From the NCBI GenBank assembly GCA_044356455.1, contig JBIKWF010000095.1, positions 1 through 17,882 on the forward strand: a DNA stretch of 17,882 nucleotides. The letters run 5' to 3'. Under the pieces are notes generated by a model, which saw only the letters and a list, made by a program, of their open reading frames with translations, was not told the DNA's origin and ran no database searches. The DNA comes from Bdellovibrionota bacterium (GTDB taxonomy: Bacteria > Bdellovibrionota_C > UBA2361 > JBGSMV01). Below, piece after piece: positions 7,545 to 15,920 of this stretch (position 1 is its first letter; the number at the start of each line of letters is the position of its first letter). The position numbers and the translations under genes are program-made.

Positions 7545-9779
7545 CTACCGCCCCGTTCGCGCCGCGCGGTCCGAAGCGCTCTCCTGTCCACCACGAAGGG
7601 CAGGCAAGGTGTCAGCTAAGCGATTTAGCTCATTGAGCTCAGCGAGAATAAGTTCACGCTCTCTGACGAGCTCAGCGCGTTTAACGGTACGCGTAGTGCG
7701 ATCACTTGAAGCAAGCAATCTCGAGAAGCTAATAGTGTCTTGAAGGCTACGAATCTCAGCTTCTAGGCGATCCTTCTCCACAGAAAGATCGGAGATGCGC
7801 TGCTGCGACTCAAGTACTCCTGAATCGATTGCGGTGCGTAGTGAAGCAAAGAGCTCTTCCATGCGCTGATTTCTCTGGCGCACAAAATCTGCCACGCTAT
7901 TCGAAAGTGTAGGGTCATTCGGCGAGTACTCGAGGCGCTCTGCCTCCTTCAAGTATTGCCAGGTAGCTGCTTCGAAAGCTTCTTTCTTCTTTCGTACATC
8001 CTCGGAACTGACTGAAACCTCAGAAACCATATTAATCGGTTCGCTGGTTTCGAGACGCTTACGGCGTCCGGTCCACACTGCGAGTTTGCGGGCAGAAGAG
8101 TCAATCTCGGCACGGACCTCGGTTACTCTCGAATCAAGAATCTCAAGCTGTTTTGAGGCTTCATTAAGCAGCTGACCAATTTGTCCTGAAAGCGGGGCAT
8201 CAAGTGCTGCAATCTTTTCATCGACCTGCCTGAGGCGCGAGGAAAGTGTCTTCTGACGCCTATCGATAGTCGAAAGTCCTGCTTCAAAGGAGCCTGGGAA
8301 GCCGCCTGAAGAACCTGTGCGCTGACCTGCGTTGGCATTGTTATTGGTTGAGATATCGCTTACGTCGGTTTGGCCAAGGACGGTTTTGCTTCCTGCCCGC
8401 GAAGCAGCATCCCCAAGAGGAGCCGCAACGTTCGCGGCAAGCGGTTCAACCGCACCTTCAGGCGAAAGAAACAACACGCTTACCATACTTCCGCAGATTG
8501 CAGCCCCAAGCAGGCTCAGGAACCCCGTTACCTTAGAGGAAAATACTCCGCGCTTCTCTTTCTCTTCAAGAACACTTGGACGCGCCTGACGCTCACGGCT
8601 ATGGAGCTCAGCACGATCGAGTCTGGCCTTAAGCCCTGGGGGCACTACCCTTTCGGTTGTTGCTTTGGGATCACTCTTCGTTTGAGCTTTCTTCTCGGCG
8701 TAGGCGGAGCGCAGTTGTTCGAGAGAAATTCTCTCTTCCGCGGACGCATGCCCGTTCTTCGAGGCGCCGTTCAGCTGCGCTTCTTTTTCAGCGCCCGCTG
8801 CGCCATTCGCTGATTGGCTCTCTGACTTCTTTTCTTCTTTCTTAGAAGCATCTGCCTGCGCCGGTTGTTCTCTTTCAGAATCTTCTTCGCTCTCTTCTTC
8901 AGCGCCAGCTAACTGGGAAGCCTCTTCTGGAATGTCGATATCGACTGGACGAAGCGCTTCTGGAAGTTCGGGGAATCCGTCGCCTGCTTCAACGGCAATA
9001 ATAGTAATGTTATCCGTACCGCCACGCTTATTGGCGAGCTCAATAAGTTTTTCTACCGCTGACTCAAGGCGATTTTCTTGCATGAGCGCAAGCATCTCGC
9101 CATCTTTCACGTGATTGTAAAGTCCGTCGGAGCAGATGAGGAAAAGATCTGACTGATAAGGTCCATCACCAACTTCGATGACATCGACCTCAACTTCCTC
9201 GGCAGGTCCAAGAGACCGGGTAAGCATGTGCGAAACAGGATGATTGGCTGCCTGCTCCACATCAATAGTCCCTGAGCGCACGAGCTCCATCACGAGCGTG
9301 TGATCTTCTGAGAGACGATCTACTTGATCTTGACGAAAGCGATAGGCGCGAGAATCGCCGACGTTGAAAACCGTGAGCTTGTTGCCCTGGAAGTAGAGCG
9401 CCACAAAGGTGGTTCCCATGCCGTTAAGAGAAGCATCAGCACTTCCTTTTGCGAATATCTCGGCATTGGCACGCTGAATCGCCTGAACCACATCATCGTT
9501 TGTAGGCTGACCCACATTGGCCAGCGAAGATTTCATAGTCTCGATGGCAAGGGAGGAAGCAAGAGCGCCGCCCTTAACGCCGCCCATTCCGTCCGCAACA
9601 ATAAAGAGCTTGTAACCATCGCCTTCGAGTATTCCAAAGGAGTCCTGGTTCTCTTCTCGGCGCATGCCGATATCAGAACGAGCAGCATGCATGATCACCG
9701 CATCGCGATCCGCTTCGTCAGTGCCACTCGAATGAAGTTCTTCTGTCGCCATAGCGCCCATTCTTGCCAAACGGGCCAT
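7545..9779 (-). CDS. Stp1/PrpC-like PP2C (PPM) Ser/Thr phosphatase with acidic linker, one TM helix and a long C-terminal coiled coil
   Basis: SDIGMRREENQD, VADGMGG, GMGTT, NVGDSRAY, DHTLV, LTRSLG, LICSDGL and GGTDNIT. TM segment VTGFLSLLGAAICGSMVSVLFL. Heptad-rich C-terminus. Start could be a slightly downstream ATG. Confidence 0.88.
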   Translation of the reverse strand: MARLARMGAMATEELHSSGTDEADRDAVIMHAARSDIGMRREENQDSFGILEGDGYKLFIVADGMGGVKGGALASSLAIETMKSSLANVGQPTNDDVVQAIQRANAEIFAKGSADASLNGMGTTFVALYFQGNKLTVFNVGDSRAYRFRQDQVDRLSEDHTLVMELVRSGTIDVEQAANHPVSHMLTRSLGPAEEVEVDVIEVGDGPYQSDLFLICSDGLYNHVKDGEMLALMQENRLESAVEKLIELANKRGGTDNITIIAVEAGDGFPELPEALRPVDIDIPEEASQLAGAEEESEEDSEREQPAQADASKKEEKKSESQSANGAAGAEKEAQLNGASKNGHASAEERISLEQLRSAYAEKKAQTKSDPKATTERVVPPGLKARLDRAELHSRERQARPSVLEEKEKRGVFSSKVTGFLSLLGAAICGSMVSVLFLSPEGAVEPLAANVAAPLGDAASRAGSKTVLGQTDVSDISTNNNANAGQRTGSSGGFPGSFEAGLSTIDRRQKTLSSRLRQVDEKIAALDAPLSGQIGQLLNEASKQLEILDSRVTEVRAEIDSSARKLAVWTGRRKRLETSEPINMVSEVSVSSEDVRKKKEAFEAATWQYLKEAERLEYSPNDPTLSNSVADFVRQRNQRMEELFASLRTAIDSGVLESQQRISDLSVEKDRLEAEIRSLQDTISFSRLLASSDRTTRTVKRAELVRERELILAELNELNRLADTLPALRGGQESASDRAARTGR

Positions 9780-10057
9780 TCTTAGTGCCCGCTGGTACTA
9801 CCTTGTACTTACCTTCTCATCGGCTAACTACCGATTCTTCCAGCATACTGTTTTCTAAACACCGTTATGCCCTGGCGGGAGACAAATAAAGCCTTAAAGT
9901 TTCTTAATATACTGAAATTACTAAGCTTGTTGCCCCACTTTCGAAACAGTATTTCCGTCCTAATTGGATCGTCCTATCGGTTATTGGGGTGCGGGTTTTA
10001 GAGGTGCTGTAAGGAATCGAGCCGATTGGAGAAATGGATTGTTACTAGGGAGCAAAC

Positions 10058-10456
10058 ATGGAACGACCTCTCATCGGTGTCGGAGTAATCCTCAAAGACG
10101 AAAATCGCGTGCTCATAGGAAGGCGCCGAAATGCTCACGGTACCGGCACTTGGTCGTTTCCTGGGGGGCATCTTGAATTTGGAGAATCAATACTTGATTG
10201 CGCCACGCGTGAATTGCTCGAAGAGACCGGCCTGACCAGCACAAACCTGTCGTATGGTCCCTACACTAACGACATCTTTCGGGACGAAGGCAAACACTAT
10301 GTGACACTTTTTGTGATTGCTCGCTACCAGGGCGGAACTCCGCAAGTTCTTGAACCACAGAAATGCGAGGAGTGGCGCTGGTGCACGTGGGAGGAACTCC
10401 CCTCGCCCCTCTTCCTACCCATTCGTAATCTCATTCAGCAGGGCTACCGCTTATAG
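10058..10456 (+). CDS. NUDIX hydrolase (NUDT15/MTH2-like nucleotide diphosphatase)
   Basis: Nudix box GGHLEFGESILDCATRELLEETGL, plus RPLIGVGV, TNDIF, KHYVTLF, EPQKCEEWRW and LPSPLFLP. RBS GGGAG upstream. Confidence 0.93.
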   Translation: MERPLIGVGVILKDENRVLIGRRRNAHGTGTWSFPGGHLEFGESILDCATRELLEETGLTSTNLSYGPYTNDIFRDEGKHYVTLFVIARYQGGTPQVLEPQKCEEWRWCTWEELPSPLFLPIRNLIQQGYRL

Positions 10457-10479
10457 CTCTATCCAAATCAGAACTCGAA

Positions 10480-11778
10480 TTATCTTACCATACGAATAAA
10501 AGGATCCGCCTTAAGACCTGGCTCGCGTTTCAGCTGGCCAAGAAGGCGCTCTGACTGCTGACGAGTTTCTTCTGGTCCAACAAGCACCCTGAAGTACTCC
10601 TGCCCACGAACCTTGGCGTTTTCAATCATTACCTGGAATCCAGATTTTTGAAGCTTGCGAGCAAGTCCCTCGGCCTCGGCCCTATTATCAGGGGCCGCCA
10701 CTTGGGCAAACCAGCCGCGAGGAAGAGTGTCTCGCACCAGTCCAGAGCCAGCGCTGGAAGCAGACGCCTTTTGCTTCTCCGCCTCACTCTTCTTGAGGGC
10801 TGCTTCCTTTGCTAAAGCCTCTTTCGCTGCAAGTTCCTTGGCCGCGGCTACTTTTGCAGCTGCCTCTTTTGCTGCTACTTGCTTAGCCGCAAGCTCCTTA
10901 GCCGCTGCTTCCTTAAGCTCAGTCTCTTTGCGAGCACGCTCTTTCGCCGCTTGCTCCGCACTGCGAGAAAGATCACTGCGAGAAAGGTCACTGCGAGACA
11001 ACGCGGAAGCGTCTTGAGAACCAGCTCCCTCAGCAAGCGCGCCCAGGGTTTTCTCTTTAGCTAATGAACCAGAAGACGTGCCGCGCTCTTCAATCGGCTG
11101 CAGATGAATACCGCCAGAAGCTGCAGAGGGTTCTGTTCCTAGCTCTCCCGCAGAGGCCCCGGCAGCCATTGCAACCATACTGCCACTTGTCGGCTCCTTA
11201 TCATGCAAGGCTTTCGCGAGTGCACCAAAGGAAGGATCCGCATCCTCATGCGCGGAACCAGAGTTCGACAAATCAGTTATCATAGTGTCGCGAGAGCCAG
11301 CGCCATTGCCGATACTCCCAATGGATGGCTTGGCCTTTGCAGTATCAGCATCGAGCGCTCCAAATGAGCCATCGGCTTTGGGCAGCATAGGTTCTGCCGG
11401 CGCATCTAATTGATTGAGCTTGGCATAGACATCTGTGAGTCCCTCATCTGCTCCAAGAGGCGCTTCGTCATCGTTGCCGAGGGGGAGCCTCATGGCAGAG
11501 GAGAGATTGTTGCTGAGCGCCATCTCAATGCCAATTTTCTGACCAGAGAAAAAGCCAAGGTAGAAAGCGCACGCTAAACTCCCGAGGATCCCGCCTAAAA
11601 GAAGAGAAACGTGCAGGGCCCCAAGAGAAATCTGCCAAGAACGAAGGGAGCGCTGATTGGTCTGAGCGAGTGAATTAACAGTAGGATGGGTGCGCGGGCC
11701 CGGAATACGAGAACTTGATGTGCGAGAACTAGGCAAAAGCGTCATAGAAAAACACTCACGAAAGGTTGCCTCAAGCAA
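10480..11778 (-). CDS. SPOR-domain cell division protein (DedD/FtsN-like); likely start ATG 11745
   Basis: N-terminal TM helix (LLLGGILGSLACAFYLGFFSG), long low-complexity linker with AAKE repeats, C-terminal SPOR domain GWFAQVAA...AEGLARKLQKSGF...YFRVLVGP. Confidence 0.88.
   Translation of the reverse strand: MLEATFRECFSMTLLPSSRTSSSRIPGPRTHPTVNSLAQTNQRSLRSWQISLGALHVSLLLGGILGSLACAFYLGFFSGQKIGIEMALSNNLSSAMRLPLGNDDEAPLGADEGLTDVYAKLNQLDAPAEPMLPKADGSFGALDADTAKAKPSIGSIGNGAGSRDTMITDLSNSGSAHEDADPSFGALAKALHDKEPTSGSMVAMAAGASAGELGTEPSAASGGIHLQPIEERGTSSGSLAKEKTLGALAEGAGSQDASALSRSDLSRSDLSRSAEQAAKERARKETELKEAAAKELAAKQVAAKEAAAKVAAAKELAAKEALAKEAALKKSEAEKQKASASSAGSGLVRDTLPRGWFAQVAAPDNRAEAEGLARKLQKSGFQVMIENAKVRGQEYFRVLVGPEETRQQSERLLGQLKREPGLKADPFIRMVR
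10959..10998. repeat. 15-bp tandem repeat (about 2.7 units) in the SPOR linker
   Basis: CACTGCGAGA starts at 10959, 10974 and 10989; encodes LSRSD-LSRSD-LSRS. Confidence 0.85.
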
Positions 11779-11814
11779 TGCTCACGATGGTACCTCAAGC
11801 CCTTCTTGGCAAGC

Positions 11815-13155
11815 TCAATCAACCACCGTACTAGAAGCATGTGTTAGCACACCTTCAACACTGCGATAAATACTCGAAAACACATGCTGAGCGTAGAGGT
11901 CCATAGCCTTGAGGGCCTGATGGTAAGCAGGAGTATTAAGCAAACGCTGGGAATTATGAAGGAGCTGCTCCAAGGCCCTCCCCATAGGATAAACCTGGGC
12001 TCGGCGCCCTGCACGCGAGGCGAGCCGAGGCAGCATCTTCGAAGCTACCAAAACTTCTCGCTCCAGACCGAAACACTCTCTTGGGGCACAAGGCGTATCC
12101 CCCCTATCCCCCATCGCAGGCACACGCGCCAGGATTGACCTAGCCCACGGGAGATACTGCGCGGGATCAGGCCATTCGGATGGGGGCAGCGCGCAGGAAG
12201 ACGGAACAAACTCCGGTCCCGGCACTCCTGAAACAGCATAGAGCATAAAGGAGCAAAGTCTCTCGGATGAAGAAAGCTGAACTGCTTCAATCCGTTCATC
12301 AGCAGGCAGATGAGTCAGGAGCTGCTTTGGGCATCCGGCAGCAAAGCGACCCGGCTCAGTCCGGCGCAGCGCACTAAGCGGCGAGCTACGGAGAAAAGTA
12401 AAAAGCTCATCGTCCTCGCGAAAGTCTTCCCAAGCCCACCACCACACGTTCGCCTGAGGCCATTTCTTACTTATGCGAGCAATCTGCTCACTAGTGCTGA
12501 GGTCCTCCCCCCGGGCCCCGCCTACTAAGGCACGCCCATGTAGATAACTGACAAGACCAGAGAAATCGGCCCCAGCAAGGAGGGGGAATTCCTTTTCCCC
12601 GCAGACAATAACAAGCTCCCCTCTTCGCTGTGGGGTCTCACTCTGAGAAAGCATAATAGCTTGCAGCAGCGGCCCCATGACAAAACGCAAATACTGCATA
12701 CCGGAGGCGCCGCGCCAGGGCGGGGGGATGACCACAAGATGAGCCACATTCGAGCAGCCTTCCGTCTTGGGAATATTTTCTGCAACAGATCCAGTCAGGG
12801 CACATTCTCGCGGCAGCGGGGGCCCCCAAAGACAGCTCTCAGGGAGCCTTATATTAACGTAGCCCCTTAAGGGGTAAACCGTGAGAGCTAGTTCCTTTTC
12901 AAGCCGAGCGGCAAGCTCGCGTGCCAGTTCATCAGCACTTCGGTTCAAAATCCGGGCGAGAGGCAAGCACACGTCGAGAGCCACGTCCCAAGGTCCTTCG
13001 CTTTGCTGATTGGGAAAAGAAGGCGTCTGGCGTTCTGCCTTAGGCAGCCCCGTCTCGTCCCCTACCAGCGGGATTAGCTCTGCCGTGAGCGGGCCTACCG
13101 GTGCAAGGCTTTGCACTATTTGCCCAATCGACCGCTCTAACTCTTCACATTGCAT
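11815..13155 (-). CDS. Degenerate arginyl-tRNA synthetase-like protein lacking a recognisable HIGH motif
   Basis: aa ~54-104 (WDVALDVCLPLARILNRSADELARELAARL...RGYVNIRL) resemble the ArgRS N-terminal domain. DPAQYLPWARSIL and EREVLVASKMLP...AQVYPMGRALEQL resemble the DALR domain entry. Lies directly upstream of a SPOR gene, as argS often does. Confidence 0.62.
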   Translation of the reverse strand: MQCEELERSIGQIVQSLAPVGPLTAELIPLVGDETGLPKAERQTPSFPNQQSEGPWDVALDVCLPLARILNRSADELARELAARLEKELALTVYPLRGYVNIRLPESCLWGPPLPRECALTGSVAENIPKTEGCSNVAHLVVIPPPWRGASGMQYLRFVMGPLLQAIMLSQSETPQRRGELVIVCGEKEFPLLAGADFSGLVSYLHGRALVGGARGEDLSTSEQIARISKKWPQANVWWWAWEDFREDDELFTFLRSSPLSALRRTEPGRFAAGCPKQLLTHLPADERIEAVQLSSSERLCSFMLYAVSGVPGPEFVPSSCALPPSEWPDPAQYLPWARSILARVPAMGDRGDTPCAPRECFGLEREVLVASKMLPRLASRAGRRAQVYPMGRALEQLLHNSQRLLNTPAYHQALKAMDLYAQHVFSSIYRSVEGVLTHASSTVVD

Positions 13156-14276
13156 ATAGATGAAACAAACAAATCTATAGTCATTCGGCCCTGAGCTACC
13201 GCGATAAGCCGTTCAGCTATAGCAAGTGCGGCTTCCCCCTCGCTTAAGACTCCCTTGTTCAAGACTCCCGCGCGGGAGGAGCCGCCCCCCTCCATCAGAG
13301 TATGAATTCTACTTTTTACTGCCTTTGATAGATTCATCCCCACAAGGATGTTGTCACCCTTTGATGTTGTCCCAGCAGGCAGCTCACCAGAAAGCAAAGC
13401 TGCGAGAACGGCAAAAAAGACTTCATCGCTGGGAAGGACAAAGGCGCGCTTCTCTAGTACTTCACTAAGCGCAAGCCACCTCTCTAAGGTCTCCTCTGGC
13501 AGGGCAAGACCAAGTCCCTGAAGGATGCCCCAGCTTGAAACGGACTGGAGCGCACTGCCCCAGCGCAGCTCCTGAGCAATCTTTCTAAGCTCATTTGCGG
13601 TACGCGCCCAGGAAACAGCGGCAAGAACTCCCGAGCCGATAGCCTCATGTAGTGCCTGTGCAGTTTCAGAAGCGAGCGCGCCGTTAAGCCGAGAGACGTA
13701 GCGCGCCGCACGGTACATTCGGGTAGGGTCGTCCTGAAAACTCTTGGCATGTAAAATTCGAATAGATTTAGCAGCTAAGTCTGGAATTCCGCCGAACTGA
13801 TCGATCGCGAGCGGAATCAGCTTCTCGCGCTCCAAGGCACCCATCAACCCCAATGCCAGCACTGGGCCAAGCGGAAGCGCAATCGCATTTACTGAAAAAT
13901 CTCGTCTCGCCACATCCTCTTGAATGCTGCGGGCTCTCTCTACTCGCGGCAGGGCTCCCGAAGTCACGTAGTGCTCAGTCCGCGCCGTAGCGAAGTCTAC
14001 TTCAGCCAAGGAGCGAATCTGATGTGGGCCGACAATCTTCGAGGTCAAAAATGACTTAAAACTTCTGACCTGCCCTCCGAGGCGCCCCGCACAGGCTTTT
14101 GATAAGGTCTCGGCATCTCCTACGACGATAAAGTCGAAATCTTTATCCTGAGCAGTAAAGCCAAGCAGCAGGTCGCGAACTACTCCGCCTACCAGATAGA
14201 CCGGCATGCCGAGACGTTCAGATTCTTCCACCACCACGGTGAGAAGAAGTCGCTGGTCGGATGAAAGAATAAGCAT
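13137..14276 (-). CDS. Class II tRNA nucleotidyltransferase (CCA- or A-adding enzyme)
   Basis: VYLVGGVVRDLLLG..DFDF (motif A), DFATARTEHY..SGALPRV loop, EDVARRDFSVNA (motif B), FQDDPTRMYRAARY (motif D). Overlaps the next gene by 19 bp. Confidence 0.9.
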   Translation of the reverse strand: MLILSSDQRLLLTVVVEESERLGMPVYLVGGVVRDLLLGFTAQDKDFDFIVVGDAETLSKACAGRLGGQVRSFKSFLTSKIVGPHQIRSLAEVDFATARTEHYVTSGALPRVERARSIQEDVARRDFSVNAIALPLGPVLALGLMGALEREKLIPLAIDQFGGIPDLAAKSIRILHAKSFQDDPTRMYRAARYVSRLNGALASETAQALHEAIGSGVLAAVSWARTANELRKIAQELRWGSALQSVSSWGILQGLGLALPEETLERWLALSEVLEKRAFVLPSDEVFFAVLAALLSGELPAGTTSKGDNILVGMNLSKAVKSRIHTLMEGGGSSRAGVLNKGVLSEGEAALAIAERLIAVAQGRMTIDLFVSSICNVKS

Positions 14277-14322
14277 GGGGGAACGTCTCTCTTAAGGGCA
14301 AGTCTGCTTGGTGCCCTTTTCG

Positions 14323-15642
14323 TTAACGAGAGGTTCTCACAACTGGCCGCACGGATCCACGGCCTAGGTATTTTCTCACCCCTCGCGCTAACCCCTGCGC
14401 CAAGGCAGCTCGAAATTCCTTCTTGGCAAGCAAAGCACCATCGCGGGGATTGTCTACGAAGAATAGCTCAATCAGGGCGCAGGGCATATGAGCTCCCACA
14501 AGGACATAGAATGGCCCGGGCCGTACACCTCTATCTTTTAGGTTCCCATAGGCCTTTTTAGTCGCTCCAAAGACTGCGCCATGAACATCGTGCGCAAGCG
14601 AAATGGATGGTGTTTGCTTGGCGCTTTGGGTCAAATCGCTCAGGATAAAGGCGAGATCCCCCTGAGCCCCCTGCAAAACCTCGCTTCCGTTCTCTCGCTC
14701 TGCGAGGAGTTTACTGGACTCATCTCCCGCCATATCAAGATAGAAGGTCTGGAGACCCGAGTACTCTCCTGAACTGCTGGCATTATTGTGGAGGCTTAAA
14801 AAAAGGTCCGCGCGCCACTCGTTCGCAATTTTCGTTCTTTCTGCGAGCGGCACAAACGTGTCCCCTCGGCGCGTCAATTCAACGTCTATGGAAGGATCTT
14901 GCTCAAGCAGCTTTTCTGCTTCTAGGGCGACCGCGAGAACGACATCTTTCTCAAGCAGTCCACCTGGCCCCTTGGCTCCATAGTCTTCTCCCCCATGCCC
15001 CGGATCGAGGACGACAACCCACTCGGCATCGGGACGGCCGAGTGGCTTTGTTTTAGAAGAATGGAAAGGAGCCTGTCCGCCCGCCCCTGTGCGAAGTAGC
15101 TTGAGGCGCTCGCGCGCTTTTGGAGCTGAGTCGGAGTTCGGATAGCGGCTTAGCACTTTCTCACAAAGTCTCGCCGCACCTACTGCATCATGGTAGCGCA
15201 GCTCAGTGAGCTCAGCTGCTTTGAGAAGCGCATCATCTGCGCGCTCATTCTTCGGATACTCTCGAACAAGGCGCGAGAGGGCCGCTAAACTTTGCAGCAG
15301 AACGCGCTCTTGTTTTGAACGCTCGTAGAGCTTCTCCCAAAGGTTCGACAGATTTAATAGAGCAGCAGGAGCCTCTTCGCTTCTTGGGTATAATTCAATA
15401 AACGCCTCGAGCTCGGCTGCAACGCTTGTCCAATCAGATGTTTTTTCAACTTTAGTATCGGTATTCCGAAGCTTGAAATACCGCTGCCGCAGCTCCTCGT
15501 ATGCTTTCGCCGAAACGGTGAGTTTCTTCTCTACATGTGGAACAGCACATACACGAGGCGGGACCCCGAGGAAGAGAAGAAGAAGGCATCCAAGCCAAGC
15601 GGCGGAAAGTTCCTGTATCGCTCGTTTCATAGCGAGCATCAT
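14323..15642 (-). CDS. N-acetylmuramoyl-L-alanine amidase (Amidase_3) with signal peptide and TPR-like N-terminus; start may be 15630
   Basis: VVVLDPGHGGEDYGA, LEKDVVL, LTRRGDTFVPLAERTKIAN, ADLFLSLHNNA, FYVLVGAHMPCALIE. N-terminal YPRSEEAPAAL / YPKNERADDAL / YPNSDSAPKA TPR-type repeats. Confidence 0.92.
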   Translation of the reverse strand: MMLAMKRAIQELSAAWLGCLLLLFLGVPPRVCAVPHVEKKLTVSAKAYEELRQRYFKLRNTDTKVEKTSDWTSVAAELEAFIELYPRSEEAPAALLNLSNLWEKLYERSKQERVLLQSLAALSRLVREYPKNERADDALLKAAELTELRYHDAVGAARLCEKVLSRYPNSDSAPKARERLKLLRTGAGGQAPFHSSKTKPLGRPDAEWVVVLDPGHGGEDYGAKGPGGLLEKDVVLAVALEAEKLLEQDPSIDVELTRRGDTFVPLAERTKIANEWRADLFLSLHNNASSSGEYSGLQTFYLDMAGDESSKLLAERENGSEVLQGAQGDLAFILSDLTQSAKQTPSISLAHDVHGAVFGATKKAYGNLKDRGVRPGPFYVLVGAHMPCALIELFFVDNPRDGALLAKKEFRAALAQGLARGVRKYLGRGSVRPVVRTSR

Positions 15643-15676
15643 GAGGCGAATCTAGGTCCGGGGGCAATTGGGGAGA

Positions 15677-15788
15677 TAGAGGACGCCTCTGGAAAACTCA
15701 CCACCGTGCACCTCCGCGACCTTAGTGGCTTTTCGCCTTTGCATCTTAAACACAGAGGGCTCAGAGCAGACTTTTTCGGGGGTTCCTA
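15677..15788. repeat. Degenerate element copy C', in tandem with copy C
   Basis: TAGAGGACGCCTCTGGAAAACTC ... CACAGAGGGCTCAGAGCAGACTTTTTCGGGGGTTCCTA. Shares the TA at 15787-15788 with copy C, creating GGTTCC-TA-GGAACC. Confidence 0.6.
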
Positions 15789-15920
15789 GGAACCTGTGAA
15801 AAACCTCGATATTTTATTTTTTCTCTCTGTGATCTCTGTGTCCTCTGTGGTTTTTCAACAATTTAAATCAACCACAGAGGGCACAGAGTTCACAGAGTGG
15901 ACTTTTTCAGAGATTCCCTG
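15787..15920. mobile_element. MITE/REP-like element, copy C
   Basis: TAGGAACCTGTGAAAAACCTCGAT ... TTTTTCAGAGATTCCCTG with the inner CTCTGTG x3 / CACAGAG x3 hairpin. Near-identical direct repeat of 17280-17413. Confidence 0.85.

Noticed and set aside
7459..7691. Diversity-generating retroelement template/variable repeat pair
   Set aside because: The mismatches are not confined to adenines on either strand, most are synonymous, and no reverse transcriptase is present in the window.
9845..9952. 9-bp inverted repeat ATACTGTTT / AAACAGTAT in the PP2C-NUDIX divergent intergenic region
   Set aside because: Short, about 90 bp apart and in AT-rich DNA, so compatible with chance.
10655..11017. Ala/Ser-rich 120-aa plus-strand ORF and the other short antisense or nested ORFs in the track
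   Set aside because: They are shadows of well-supported genes on the opposite strand or in another frame, with no motifs of their own.
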